A stretch of 64,000 nucleotides of DNA, taken from Octopus sinensis. Lineage: Eukaryota. Of the stretch, positions 26,490 to 41,149 are shown in pieces (positions within the stretch are counted from its first letter, which is position 1; each line of letters begins with the position of its first letter). The position numbers and the translations under genes are program-made. The stretch covers positions 1 to 64,000 of the forward strand of contig NW_021832835.1 in the NCBI RefSeq assembly GCF_006345805.1, written 5' to 3'. The notes below the pieces were generated by a model. It saw only the letters and a list, made by a program, of their open reading frames with translations, had not been told where the DNA came from and searched no databases.

Positions 26490-28020
26490 AGAAGAAAGGT
26501 CCAGCCAGAACTGCATTGCCTCTAGTCCATAATTATGAGGTATACTGGTATATAAGTTAACTACATCAAATGAAACCAGGATTGTTTCTTCCTTGGCTTT
26601 TTTGGAAGGTGGTTTAACATATCTAAGTCATCTCTGATATGGCTATCGATATGTTTAAGGAAGGGTTTCAGGAGGATGTCCATAAATAGACTTAGTCTGT
26701 GTGTTTTACAGGTTGGGCCAGCTACAATGGGTCGTAGTTTTAGGTCCCCCGGGTTAGGTGTGTGTATGTATGTCTTTGGTGATTTTTTAATGGTTTCATT
26801 TATAATTTGGCTTTTATGAATTTTTGGAAGACCATAGAAAAGGCTAGGTTTGCATTTAAAGTTTGTTAGAAAGTCAATCTCTTTGGTTGTTAGTTCCTTT
26901 TCATGGGTTTTAATTAGTGAAGATAGAGTTTTCATTATTTTTTGTGGGGTGTAGTTGGTAATTTTTTCATAATGTAGGTCGTCCTCAAGCAATGAAATTA
27001 CAAGATTTCTATAGTATGATGTATCCATTATTACAACTGCATTTCCCTTGTCTGCTTCCTTAATGGTTATATCCTCATCATTTTGAAGTTCTATCAGTTC
27101 CTTCCATTGTGTAGTGTTAAAATTTGAGTTAACTTTCTGTTTATGTATAGTATGGTAGGGAAAGTTCTCAATGTGGTTACAGAATTCGTCAAGATCTTTA
27201 TTTCTTCCTCTGTGTGGGATGTGTTCACTTTTGTTCTTGACTAGTGATTCATCTTCAGTATTGAAACTGGTTGATGCTTCTGCTAGTCTTAATTTTCTGC
27301 AAAATTCTGTTATATTATCATTGATTTCATTTAGGTTGGCTCTGCGTGGAGTTGGTGTAAATTTGAGACCTTTTGAGAGGATGTCAATTTTTATGTTAGA
27401 AAGAGGTTTGGTTGAAAGATTGATTATCTTCGGTTTTTCCTTATTACTAGGTTCCAGCCTGTGTCCTGGTGTCTCTGGTCCCTGGCTAAAAAATGTTGGG
27501 TGTAATTTTGTTTGTATGAGTTGTCTGTGAGGTTGTATGATATTGGGTCGGGGGAATGGTGGTATTGTTGCCCCCGATCGTTGTGTGTGTGTGGGAATCT
27601 ATGGTTGTTTTTGTTTGTGGTGTGTGTAAAATTTCTGTATGTGAAATATTTTTGTTTCGAACTGCTTGTATATGGGATGTTGCTTGACATAGTGTTTTTT
27701 TGCGTTTGTCTTGTGTTCAGTGGGGACCAGTAATTTTGGTTTATGGGGTAGTAGCGTCTTGTGTGTGGTGTATTTCTTATTCTAGTGTCGTTTTGTGCTG
27801 TATGGTGGTTGGGTCTGGTATTAGGATATTGTTGGTGTGTTCTGTTTTTGGTGTAATTTATTTCATAGACGCGTTGTCTGTCAGCTTGTTCCCTGTTAGG
27901 TCTTGCGTGGTTTGCAAAGGTTGGTTGTGGGTGATTTCTGTTTTTAGTGTATGGAGGATAGTTGGGGGTTGTTCGTGGGTTGTTTGGTTTTTCTTTTTTA
28001 TTTTTTGTAATTTTCTTAAG
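26490..28020 (-). pseudogene. PLE ORF, N-terminal region and RT start (a different lineage from the 13-kb element), 3'-truncated
   Basis: LSKGLKFTPTP, KEADKGNAVVIMD, FYGLPKIHK, LRPIVAGP, VSFDVVNLYTSIPH. Confidence 0.85.
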
Positions 28021-28023
28021 GAA

Positions 28024-28120
28024 GGGATTATTTGTACCCAATTCATTTTTGAAAGTTGAACTATATATATATATATTATATAGTTCAACTTTCAAAAATG
28101 AATTGGGTACAAATAATCCC
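28024..28120. repeat. Perfect inverted repeat, 40-bp arms around a TA-rich spacer
   Basis: gggattatttgtacccaattcatttttgaaagttgaacta and its exact reverse complement. Confidence 0.95.
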
Positions 28121-28254
28121 ATGTAGACATGCGCAAATTCTGTAAGTTTAAAACCTTTCATCGGATCTCCATGAATCGAACTTTCTTCAATGCAGTTAAT
28201 CTTACACCCTCTCTTGTATCTACCCCTTTTGATGTTTGGGAATTCTCTGATGTT

Positions 28255-28343
28255 TTTTCGGCTGACGAGTACGAGCCATCTGTATTCACTGCATTTTTTG
28301 TAGCTTATTAAAGATGTCCTCGTACGAAACGATTGTACCGAGA
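28255..28343 (+). ncRNA. Type I hammerhead ribozyme, canonical core, in a pLTR-like segment (~28080-28490)
   Basis: tttcgg-CTGACGA(28262)-gtacgag..ctcgtac-GAAA(28326)-cgattg-TA-ccgaga. 7-bp stem II, GUA triplet. Confidence 0.85.
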
Positions 28344-28489
28344 TTTTAATCCATTCTTGTTGCTTTTTTCCTATTTGTAATCACCCCACTTGTCGTATGG
28401 TTAACACCATATAGATTTCCGGTGCATCCTAGTTAAGGACCATATTCATGTGAATTCATTAGAATTCACTGAATCTCAATTACTTAACC

Positions 28490-28541
<52 letters not shown>

Positions 28542-28542
28542 T

Positions 28543-28899
28543 AGGCGCAGGAGTGGCTTTTTGGTAAGTAGCTTGCTAACCAACCACATGGTTCCGGGTT
28601 CAGTCCCACTGCGTGGCATCTTGGGCAAGTGTCTTCTGCTATAGCCCCGGGCCGACCAATGACTTGTGAGTGGATTTGGTAGACGGAAACCGAAAGAAGC
28701 CCATCGTATATATGTATATATATATGTGTATGTGTGTGTGTTTGTGTGTCTGTGTTTGTCCCCCTAGCATTGCTTGACAACCGATAGAATAAGTACTGGG
28801 CTTACAAAGAATAAGTCCCGGGGTCGATTTTGCTCGACTAAAGGCGGTGCTCCAGCATGGCCGCAGTCAAATGACTGAAACAAGTAAAAGAGAAAAGAG
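28543..28899 (+). mobile_element. SINE family A (internal deletion)
   Basis: Matches 2003-2405. Confidence 0.88.
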
Positions 28900-29932
28900 A
28901 AATACACACACACATATACAGATATGTGTGTGTGTGTGTGTGTGTATTCGGTTAAAGTGCAATGCTTTCATTTCAAGGTGATATTAGTTTATAGAGAAAT
29001 GGTGGTGGAATGAGTTGAACCTTTTGATGTTTGTCTTTGATAATGACAAAAGACGAAAGAAAAAAAATAGCAAAGCGAAAATATTTTGTAGTATTGATGT
29101 TTTTTGTTATTTCTGAAAGAGAAAGTGGGGTAGATTGGAGGGGGTTAGGGAAAGTTCTAGATTTTTGAGGAAGCGGTTGGAAAATTAGCTCCCGGGAGGA
29201 TTAAATGCAAAGTGTGGAAACGTCAGAGAGTGATAGAAGGATTATCTTACAACGATGATCTCGAAAAATCTTCCCATAATTTGAAGATTAACAAAAAAAA
29301 AACAAAAAAAAAACATTGTGTTTCGGTGTTTTATGTTTGAAAGTGCGAGAAAACGTTGGCATCGTCCTCTCCATTTTAATTAGAAAGTAACAAAATGAAG
29401 AACGTGACACAAGCTCATACACAAATGGGGGTGGGGGCAGTTTATCTAAGTGGAGAATTGTGTTTATGTATGTGTGCGTGAGGTTTGGTGCACTCATGAC
29501 CACAAATCAAGCTATCTACGTCATCCATACCTTAAAGTAAATTATGTTAACAAATACTCAAAATTCGCTATTACTGCATTTTGCTAAAGTACATTTATAT
29601 GCATGTAGGCATCTTGAATCTTTCAGAAATTCCATGAATGGTCTTCTCATTAGTCCACAGAATAGACATGGATTCCTCGGAGCAGAGTCTGCGTCTCCTG
29701 GAAATTATATTGTATGGTTTCGCATACCTTACAATGGACTAAGTTATGCTGTACTTTATTTTATCCTCCTTCAGTCACCATACAAAATCAGTCAGAGATT
29801 TTGAATGTCGCTTATTGGCATCATTAGGCTGTAGCCAGCATAAGGTGGAGGAGCTTTTATAATCATATTCAAAACGTTTCCCGTAAACGAACTTAAAGGG
29901 TGTATAAGGATATATATATATATATATATATA

Positions 29933-30207
29933 TTAAAGACCCCCTTCGGTCATGAGTGACCATGGGTTTTGCACCTAGAGAGTTACCCTCTGAGGCACAA
30001 GTCTGGGCAAGGTTGTTTTATGGAAGACCAGTAGTCGCCCATGCATACCGGCCTCCCCTCTCCACGCCACCAGTGTTATCCAAGGGAAAGACAAAGGTCG
30101 ATACAGCTTGGCACCTGTGACGTCGCAACTCATTTCTACAGCTGAGTGAACTGGAGCAACGTGAAGTAAAGTGCCTTGCTCAAGAACACAACACGCATAC
30201 CGGTCCT
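29933..30207 (-). mobile_element. 5'-truncated SINE family C with a conserved central-domain-like segment
   Basis: Minus strand gtgttcttgagcaaggcactttac..cactcagctgtagaaatgag; flanked by (TA)n. Confidence 0.65.
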
Positions 30208-30212
30208 TCACA

Positions 30213-30261
<49 letters not shown>

Positions 30262-30976
30262 TCTGAGTGTTACCTGAACACTTCCATCTGGAGTCCTATT
30301 TTTATTCTTCGCTTTAACGAAATTATAAAATCATCCTCACACACACACATACACATACACGCATACAACATTCTATATGATTAGATACAGACTATAGCTA
30401 ATATCTCTCTTATTTGATATGCTTCGTGTGTTTACATTATTCATGTGTTTTCTATGATTCCTCTGTTTTAGGCGTTCCTCGTCTCCATGTTATTCACCTG
30501 TGGACACCTGTCCGAGCGCATCACTGTATAATAACAATGTAAATTGTATTTTTTGGTTAAATTATAATGAAGTTAGTGTTAACAAATTTAATGCTTGTTG
30601 TATTAAAACAGAACTAAGTAGAAATAATTATGCAGCGAGGAAATAAAAATTAATATTATTCTGTAATATTGTAATTATTCCATTTGGAAGACAAGACAAG
30701 GCTGACTGAATTAAATTCCTAATTATAATTTTATTAATTAGATCATATTTAGTGTGGCCAGTATTGACAATTTAATTGGAAATAATGGTACAAAGAATAG
30801 GAAATGAAAATATTCATCGTTGCTTAATATCTTAATTGTTCTGGCAAGTGCGGGAGACAACTTTGAACCTGTTTCGGTTTTATTAGGATCTCTTCTAGTG
30901 AAATAATAAGGAGAAAATCAAGTAAAATAAATGTAGAAAAATATACACATTGGTAAAGAACAATAGAAACGTTTAT

Positions 30977-31420
30977 CCTTTTACCTGTTTCAGTCATTAG
31001 ACTGCGGCCATGCTGGAGCGCCGCCTACAAGGATTTACCTCAGTAATTAATTTTTTTGATGCTTATTCTCTTGGTTTCCTTTGCTCAACCGCGAAATTAC
31101 TGGGTCATAAACAAACCAACACCGTTTGTCAACGGATTGGGAGACAAACACATAGACATGCACACATATACGCACATACACACACATATGCGCATACACA
31201 CACATATGCGCATACACACATATACACACATACACACACATATGCGCTTACACAAACATGCACATACATACACACACACAAATATAATTGAGGTTCTGAT
31301 ATATTTCCCGTCTACGAAATTCATTCAAGAGGCACAGGTCAGCCCTGGGCTATAGAAGAAGACATCCCAAAATACCGCGTTCTGGCCCTGAAACCGAAAC
31401 CTTATTCTGAACAGCGAGAA
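30977..31420 (-). mobile_element. SINE family A, diverged
   Basis: tttcagtcattagactgcggccatgctggagc..ggctatagaagaagac. Confidence 0.7.
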
Positions 31421-32284
31421 TTCTATGTTGTTGACATAAAAATTTATAAACTTTCGTGAGAATAATCTTTCTTTCGGAATTGGTACATATAAAACAGTAA
31501 ATAAAAGCATGTAAGAAGGAAATTTCTAAAATGTAAAGAGAAACGAGAAGAACTACTTTGGTTCGATGGTAGAACGCCTGTCATGTCTACAGAAGATGCC
31601 GCTTCGAGTCCAAAAAGATTATTCAACCCATGCTATTTACATGCTATTGTTTATAGCCTTATGTGATGTTCTTCGAGATCCACTATTCCAAAACAAAATT
31701 GTTTCACGTTCTCTCGAAGGCTAATTAATTCTTATGACGTCAACAATGTGTGTGTGTGTGCGTGTGTGTGTGCGTGCGCAAACGGAAGAATCCAAAGCCT
31801 AGATACATTGTATAAACATTGTTGCATGTATCGATTGATTTCTTCTGCTTGTAGCTAAAACGCACACACACACACACTCACACACACATACACACTCATG
31901 CATACGCATACACATTCATATACCCACATATCCACTCCAGACAATTATGTAAACCGATGTCAATGCAGTTTCCATTTCTAGATAGGTTTCCTTTTCCAAC
32001 TTCAATTATAAACTTCACCGTAATTTAATTTTAATTTAATCATTCATTTTAATATTTGAAATGCTATTTTCAACTCTCAAGTTTCAAAACCTGAAAAGAA
32101 CGTATAAATTAAGAATTGGTCATTTTAAAGAATATTTTAATTGGTTCAGTGATTAATTACACAAAATTCTAACAAGCAAATCTTTAGAATTTTTAGAAAC
32201 GATCTACTTTAGTTTCAAGGAACGTTTGGCATTATTGAGATTTTCACATAAGTATTATGGATTGCGTGTATCATTGTGAGGGTG

Positions 32285-32317
<33 letters not shown>

Positions 32318-32349
32318 CACACACACACATGCGTATATATACATACATA

Positions 32350-32435
<86 letters not shown>

Positions 32436-32595
32436 ATATATAAGGGCATAACTGGTTGGTTAAGAAGCTCATTTTGCCACCACATCGTTTTAGGTTCCAT
32501 CCCACTGCGCGCAGTCACATTGCGTCGGGTTAACAAATGCTTGTGAGTGATGTCCAATATGGAATCCATGTGTGTGTGTATATATACATGCATAC

Positions 32596-32664
<69 letters not shown>

Positions 32665-33086
32665 CATATATATATATATATCTGTGTGTGTGTGTGTGTG
32701 TGTGACATCCCGTGCAGTGTGGCCAATTTTCTACAGAAACAGGGCTGAATAACTGGTACAAATTGCCTCAGTTTAGGGACCAGACACAAGCAAGTCATTA
32801 CATCAAATTCTTCATCCATATCCGCGTCGCTGGTTATAATTTGGGATTACAATTTGCTTTCAGCAAAGATTTTACGCCAGTCGGGTGTTTTCCAAGGCGG
32901 AATATAATAAAGATACTTCAATACTGAAATGTTTGTTGTTGTTGTTGTTGTTAGGTCAGTCGTAATTAGCCTTATCTATAATGAAAGGCCTCCAGACAGA
33001 AATCATCTCATCTGTTATTCAAACAGTGTATCTAGAGAGTTCCATTATCCAGTCTGTTATTCCGTTTGAAGAACGAATCGAGTGAT

Positions 33087-33622
33087 TTAACCTTTCTGAT
33101 ATTAACTAGCCTTACACCGCCCTGTGTCTATGACACAGACTTCCTGTTTTAAAAGTAATAGAAAACCAAAACCTTCCATCAATGTTACTTGGTAAATCAT
33201 GTTTCAAACACCTGCTTAAAAATGGCTTCAAATTTTGGCACAAGGTCTACAGTTTTAGGGTTGGAGATAAATCGAATATATCAACCCCACTATTCAACTG
33301 GTACTTAATTTTATAACCCCAAAAAGAGGAAAGGCAAAAATCAACCTTGTTAGAACGTAAAGATGGACGAAATGCTGCGAAGCATTTAGTCCGGCATGCT
33401 TACGATTCAGCCGGCTCGCCGCCTTAATAATGAAAAATGAATTTTACTAAATTCTTCAATATTTTAAAATTTATTGAAACAAAGGGCTGTGTATTCCAAC
33501 AGAAATTTGGTACGAAAGATTTAATAACGAAATTACTTTGATGAATGCTTCGTTATTTTCAAAATTGATTAAAAACAAAATACAGACCAAGTTTAATTGA
33601 AATATGGTAAGAAAAGGATTAA
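33087..33622. mobile_element. Possible TTAA-bounded MITE with a SINE B insertion (33226-33426, minus)
   Basis: ttaacctttc..gaaaaggattaa termini are degenerate; the internal SINE B match is clear. Confidence 0.35.
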
Positions 33623-34063
33623 AGGTAATTTAGCTGTTATTTCTAACAAATAAAGCATCCTGATAGACATTCATTGTTTTTTTAGTTCACTAAATCTTTG
33701 TCACAGACGAAATCTTTGACGTTTGGCGTTGCAAGCGACCAAATGTTTTTTTCTTCACTTTAGAGCATTGTGTGTGTTATTGATTGATCTCTATGAGCTA
33801 TGGAACCAGTTTTTGTCGAGTAGGCTATTGCAGTTCAACAGGTCGAACGTACTCTACCGGTAAAATTTATTGGATTGATTCTGGTTGTATTTTAAAACTT
33901 GAAAAACTAGATGTGGACTTGGAATGAATATATCATAAAATGATTTATTCATTTGCATTCATATAATATTCACATACTCATAAATATAGACATACTTACA
34001 TACATCTTTATATATATATGTCCATATTTAAAATTGTCTCTACTTGTCTGTCTGTCTGTCTGC

Positions 34064-34141
<78 letters not shown>

Positions 34142-35094
34142 CCTACCTATCTATCTGTCTGTCTGTCTGTCTCTATCTAGCTATCTATCTATTTACCACC
34201 CTATCTATCTACCTGCCTACCTACCTACCTACACACACAGACACACACACACACACACACAAATTTAGTGTTGAATATTGGAAGAAATTATACTTAGATG
34301 TCATGACAAGAGATTAATGATATTTTATATTTTGGTCGAGCCATTCTCTTGTTCCACAGAGTTTCAGCTGTGACTGCACAAGTAACTTATCTAAAGACCC
34401 AATGTATGTACAGGCGAAACTCGGAGTAGCAAGAGAATGACTTGTCTTAAAGGATATATATCACTAATCTCTACTATGGTGTATATATATATATATATAT
34501 ATTGTTATATTTCGGAATGGTCATATTGCACCCATTATGGCTATCGCCAAAAAAGCCACATGTATATAAGGCCACGCCTGCTTCACTGATTTGACCCGTG
34601 GTGCAAGCAAGTTTCAAGTGCTTGATTCTAGCCTCCACGCGTGAAGGTGTCTTACAGAGAGTACGTCGAGAGGCGGCCAAAATGGCAATTGTGCAGCAGG
34701 ATCACCCTGATTATCAGAGCGAGAGGAACTGAAGTTAAAAAAAGAAAAGAAAAAGCTGTTCAAACTAGATTGCTAAGATCAGTCATCAAACTGGAATGTG
34801 TGGAGAAGAGTAACCAGAAGCTAGCTACTCCATAACATACGGTTTCCGAACGATGTATCATAATAGTGCCACTACTTCTTTTTTTCCAGACCAACAGCAA
34901 AAGTTGCTAAGAATGAGGGCAAGAGAAAAGTAAACAAAAACCAGCCCAGTACCTTAAATTTTTATTTTTTACTGCGATCACGATAAGTTTTGTTTTATTT
35001 ACACGAATATTCGGCAATCTTTTAGCTGTTAGAAATTTTAATCCAATTAAAAAATATTTAAACGTATATATATGTATATATATATATATAAATA

Positions 35095-35820
35095 GAAAAC
35101 AGTAGTGCTCAAATAATTTGAACTTGTACTTCGAGACCTTTATTGAGGACCAAGTCCGCGGAGTACAGACTTTGTAATTCCCTAATTACGATTGACCTTA
35201 TGTTACAACTTGGTTACAACATATCTTTCCCACTAATACTATCCTTTCTGCTAAATACTCCTTCTTAAGATTACCTTTGCCCATTCCTCTTACTCTGCAC
35301 CCTCCTCCTTAAACTCACCTCATCCTCATACTTTGAATTCTCTCCTCATCCTCTCCCAGTTCCTCCTCAATCAAAAACACCTAGCACTACCTGCTACTTC
35401 CTTCCCTACAAACCTATCCACACCTCTCTATCCATCTCCCTATATTTACTCTCATACACTTCTACATACTTCAGTACTCTCCTCCTTATCTCTTCTTGCC
35501 CTTCCTTGTGTCACCGCCCTCTCCACACCCCCACCGAGCTATCACTACTCCTTGTCTTCCACTTCACCCATTCTACCTTCAAATTTGCCTGTATCATGAT
35601 CAATATTATCAGATGTTTTCCCCTCCCTCCTGAAGACGGCAGCCGGATTCATCCAATGCTTATTTGCTTCCATTACTGTCTGCATCTTCTGGTGAATTAC
35701 ATCTGTCAACATTATGAAGTAACTCCGAGCCCCCAGAAAAAGCTGTCTGACTTGTAACACCATACCTTCTCTCTATTTTTCTGTGACTGTGTAAGCTTGC
35801 TCTATTGATAAATAAATATC
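35095..35820 (+). mobile_element. PLE 3' remnant: GIY-YIG tail, pyrimidine-rich UTR, degenerate HHR
   Basis: AEYRLCNSLITID..QLGYN-like tail; CTGAAGA(35630)..GAAA-aagctg-TC(35736-35747); follows (TA)n. Confidence 0.45.
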
Positions 35821-35837
35821 TATATTTTTATCATATA

Positions 35838-36237
35838 CTAGCAGTATCGCCCGGCGTTGCTCGGGTTTGTAAGGGAAATAACTATATAAGCATTTTAGAG
35901 ATGTAAAATGTAATAGCCATCTCAATATGGCTAACCACAAAGGGGGGGGGGGTTGTTACTGTAGCTTTTTACGTTCTGAGATTTAATAATAAATTTTTAG
36001 AGAGTTACTTCCCTTATATATGCCAAAAAATGCATTAAAAATGGGAAAAGTATGATGGTAATTCTTTTAAAATCGTAGACTCATCGTAGACGCGCGCTAA
36101 TACCCAGAAGGGCTCGATATGAATCACGACTATAAGATACCCGGTTTTGGTTAAACTGCACCGCAAAATGTGGGAGTAGTTAGGAATCTAAATCGTAGGA
36201 GACAGACAGCACACAACCTTACTTTTATATATAAAGA
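35838..36237 (-). mobile_element. Non-autonomous Helitron, 400 bp
   Basis: Minus strand starts TC(TTTATATAT), ends CTAG, has a subterminal hairpin cccgagcaacgccggg (35850-35865), and sits between A and T with no TSD. Confidence 0.85.
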
Positions 36238-36573
36238 TTTAACAGAAGGAACAGAGTGACTCATTGTATGACACTTTCGTGCGTTAGAACTCATCCTACT
36301 AACGCTTGACACTCTACTACCTTCAATCACTCTTTTGCTTCTGCTAAATGATAATAAAAATATACACACACTCATGTTTAGAGTTCTATTTTTCCTGTTT
36401 GCATCACCATAACTATACAAATATCGATATATTTAAACTTCACCATTCATCGTCTCAACAATTTCAGTCTTTGCTTTTCTCTATATTTTTCAGGTTTATT
36501 TATTTTGTACATCAAACAAACTGGTTTTATTTGTTTATTTGAATCATTCTCTCTCTCTTCTCTCCTCTCTCTC

Positions 36574-36627
<54 letters not shown>

Positions 36628-36639
36628 CGCTTTCTGTTG

Positions 36640-36694
<55 letters not shown>

Positions 36695-36722
36695 CATAAT
36701 ATCTGTATATATCTGTTCAGTT

Positions 36723-36758
<36 letters not shown>

Positions 36759-37334
36759 GCGTACATATATAGGATGTGTGTGTCATTGCATTTGGCTCTA
36801 TCACCGCTTGACAAACGCTGCTGGTCCTTTTCGTCCCTGTAACTTAGTGTTTCGGCAAAATGAAGCGATAAAGTAAATACCAATTTTAATAAAGTACTAG
36901 AGTTTTTTTGGGGACTAAACCCTTCAAGGCACTGCCCCAGTATGGGCGAAGTTCAATGACTGAAACAATACAAAGAAAAGAACATACACACACACACACC
37001 CTCTCACTCTCACACACATGTACATCCATTCTCTCTTTCTCTCCCTCATATACACGCGCACACACAAAGGTACTCTCTCTTTATCTCACTCTGTCTTTAT
37101 CTCTCTCTCTCTCTTTATATATATCTCTCTTTATCTCTCTCTCTCTCTCTCTCTCTCTGTCCTCTCTCTCACACATATTCAAAATGTACAATGCTAATTT
37201 TTGATAAGGACGGACCTGAATGCTTGGTTACTTATTTAACAGACTCGAAAGTATGGAAAGCAAAAACCTCATCACTTCAGATTTTCTTTTTCACAACCCT
37301 GGAAGTTGTTGTCTGTATTTCAAGTATGGAAGAA

Positions 37335-37540
37335 TTTTGGCACAAGGCCAGCAAATTTGCAGGTGAGCGTGAATCGATTACATCAGTTCTAGTGTTTCAA
37401 CTGGTTCTTATTTTATCGATTCTGAAAGGATGAAAGGCAAAGTCAACCTCGCCGGAGTTTGAACTTAGAAAGCAAAGACGGACGAAATGCCGGTAAGTAT
37501 TTTTTTCCGGCACGGTAATGATTCTGCCAGCGCGATGCCT
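37335..37540 (-). mobile_element. SINE family B, diverged
   Basis: ggcacaaggccagc..gaaaggatgaaaggcaaagtcaacctcgccgg..gattctgccagc. Confidence 0.8.
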
Positions 37541-38051
37541 CAAGTTCTATTGACACCAATTTAACTGTTGGTTTTGTTAAGTCGAAGTCCTGTGATCAAC
37601 GAAACTTCACCTCTGACCATTCTGTCTCTTTAGGACTATATTTTTAATGTGTACTTTCTTTAAGAGCCTGGATGTGATTTTGAGTAAAATTTCGTCACTA
37701 TTTCTGACAACGCCAATGCAGAGGCTCCTCATTGGGTCACAGTTTATGAAACCGATCGTATCTCACTGTTATTATAGAAAGTGCTTACGTCCACACGACA
37801 TACAAAACAACGAAACAGTTTCTACTATGAAAAAAAGAACCAAATCTGCGTCATGTCACGACTTATCTCATGAACAGATGACATTTATTACATGTTTGCG
37901 TCACAGATATCATTTAGTGATGGTCACGGCTGGAAGAATCTTGGATTTTGTGTGAATTCGATCAAATCTTTCTCAAATCACAACTTATCTTATCTATGTA
38001 TCTGTCTGTCTGTCCGTCCATCCGCCTGTCTGTCTGTCTATCTGTCTGTCT

Positions 38052-38085
<34 letters not shown>

Positions 38086-38174
38086 CAGTCCGTCCATCCA
38101 TCAGTACATCAAACAAACTAGTTTTATTTGTTTATTTGCATCATTCTCTCTCCTTCTCTCTCTCGCTCGCTTTC

Positions 38175-38219
<45 letters not shown>

Positions 38220-39689
38220 CCATAATATTTGTACATTTACACACACACACACACACACATATATATAAATATATCTATTATGTTATAGATATTCCTGAAA
38301 ACAAAATGAGAGTAATGGTTACTACTTGAAAACCCTTCGATTATATGTGAGAATTCGATCAGAGCTGACTGGAAAGCAAAACAACAACGCACAGTGCAAA
38401 GAGGTTGTGATCCACGGATCTCTCGCTTGCTTATCTCTTATTCTTAGGACTCGGTTAAGCGACCTCTCTTATTCACACATACATGAAACTATTGTGAGTT
38501 TCTGCTGTACAGACACGCGCACACATACATGCATCCATACATTCGCACATACATACACGTATACACATACATGCATGCATACATGTATACAGACACATAT
38601 ATATTGATACAGAAATATACATATATATACATGTATATATTACACACCCCACACATAAATAATATATATCTATATATACATACATACACACACATATATA
38701 CGTACATATATGCACTATATATTCATATATATTTATATACAAGCGGGTATATATATATATATGTATATATATTATATATATATATATATATATTAGATTG
38801 ATAGATATAAATATAATATACATCTATATATTACACATAGACACGCGAATATAATATGTGTATATATATATATATATATATAAATGTACTATACATATAG
38901 GTATCTCTATCTATCCATCTGTGTATCTTTATATACATACATACGCACACGCACGCGTACACACACACACATATACATGCATATACGCATAACTATATAT
39001 ATATACAATGTTTACACTGTTAATTGCCAAACTAAAACTGCTCTTCCTTAGAGATAAACTCAAACCATTTCCTAAATGGAAATGCAAATATGCAACGGAT
39101 TCATGTACAAATCAAAATGGTCCCGGAGTAGCAATCAAAATATATCACGGCATCGATTAGTCAACATTGAGAAGCTTTCATCTTCACTTTAAAATTGATA
39201 GATATTATCGAATGATAATCGTTATCATGGTGATGTCATTCATGTTTTGTTTGTGTTGTTTGTTTTTGATTGATTTTCTTATTGTCAGTCGATGATTGTG
39301 TCACGGCTGTGTTCATTTCGCTTTAAATAAATAAATTAACATATCTCCGTAGAGAAGACATTGCATCGTCAGATCGATGGAAGTTATGGAGAAATTGGAG
39401 AAATGAATAAATGCATATGTTTATAAAGACACACAAATATACACCTATGTGCATACATACGTAATACATACACACATGCATGCATACATACATACATACA
39501 TACATACATACATACATACATACATACATACATACAAACATACATACATACATACATGCACATATGTATACATACATACATATATGCATACGTACATGCA
39601 TATATGCATACATACATACATACATATATACAGTAGAACAAAAACATCGAGTGCTCCATTTCTCGTCCGGTTGCAATCATCAGCTGAGC

Positions 39690-41030
39690 GCTGTGCTTCG
39701 CTGAGATTTCGGCCCATTATACTCAGTATCTCTCCACACTGTGGGCCCACAACAGTTGGACGTACTGCGTTACAACCAGACTCGAACGCAACCAATCCAC
39801 AGATGTAACCCTTCTCCCGAATCTCAGCTACCAGCTCTTCATAGCCCAAAAGCTTCCGCTCATGGGCCTCAGCAATGCTCTCCTCCCATGGCACAGTCAG
39901 CTTTCCAAGGACCACACGTCTCTGACCCTCATCTACCAAAACCAGGTCGGGCCAGAGTGCTGACACCACAGTGCTTTCAGGCTATGGCTTGTCCACAAAC
40001 ACATCCCATTTTCTGTCTTTGGCCTGCTGAAGATTCTGCCTCTTTGGCCTCACACCTTGCTTCACAAATGCTCTCAGTTCAAGCACTCGCCTCTGTCTTG
40101 CAGCTGAAGCAACAACGTTTACCACTAAATTATGTCTAAATGTATACCATCCAGACTGGAATGCTTTGGGGCAAGCTGACAGCATGTGTTTGAGGCTGCC
40201 ATACTTCCCGCACATGTGGCACTGTGGACTCTCTTGGATACCTCATTTTTTGAGATTTGCTGGAGACGGATGCACATCACATGCAGTCCGGATCAGAGCT
40301 TTCAAATGCCCTGCACTCAACCGCCACCAATCAGATCACTTCAACTCCAGCTTTTCGACATCATCCCAATTCAGCCACTGACCCTGATGTGCTTGTTGCA
40401 CTGCGTGACCCAGATGCCTATCATCTTTCAGTTGCCTTACTTGTTGTTCACGTAGCTTCCGATGTTCTTGTTCACTTGACTCAGACCAGAATCTGGGAAA
40501 CTGGAGCATACCTTGGTTGACATAAAGGGCGTAAGAATGAAAGGCACTTCGAAAGGAGGAGCCACTTCATTACCATCTCATTGATCTTATGTTCAATTGT
40601 TTCGATCCTCGTTTGAGAAACTTCATACACAACTATGGGCCACAGCAGTCTTGGGAGCAACCCAAAATTCATGCATCACACCTTGAACTTCTCTGGCAAA
40701 GTTGCTTGATCAATGCTCTTTAGCCTTGTCTCTGCAGTTCAATACCACGATGTCTATCTGTGAGGGGAAAACTGTACCATCTTCCCAGACTTTTGACACC
40801 TTGCTCATGAACAGTTGGTATTTGCTCTCCACCGATGCTGCAAACCAAATTCACGAGCGATCCACCCTTAGGTGAAAAAGATCTGACTCCAGCTGATCAA
40901 TTCAGACAATCTATTCAACACGTCTCTGGCAACGTTGATAATGTTGAGATCATCCATGAACGCTCTCAGTTTTACTTCACTTTGGTTGAACCTGTGCTCA
41001 GGCTTTAAGCCCCTCACTATGATCACCGCC
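39690..41030 (-). mobile_element. Hero/NeSL-like non-LTR retrotransposon remnant (RT end, zinc knuckle, REL)
   Basis: RAFMDDL, GLLPRLLWP, CGKYGSLKHMLSACPKA..YTFRHN, PDLVLVD..LTVPWEE..AHERK..YEEL. Confidence 0.8.
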
Positions 41031-41149
41031 TTAATTCTTATAGATTAACATTTTTACTTTTTAAAGTTTGTTAAAGTTTTACGACTGGATGTTAGTCTAT
41101 AATCAAGTGAGCAGCACTGCTGCTCCCATTTGACGTCATTACTCGTAAG

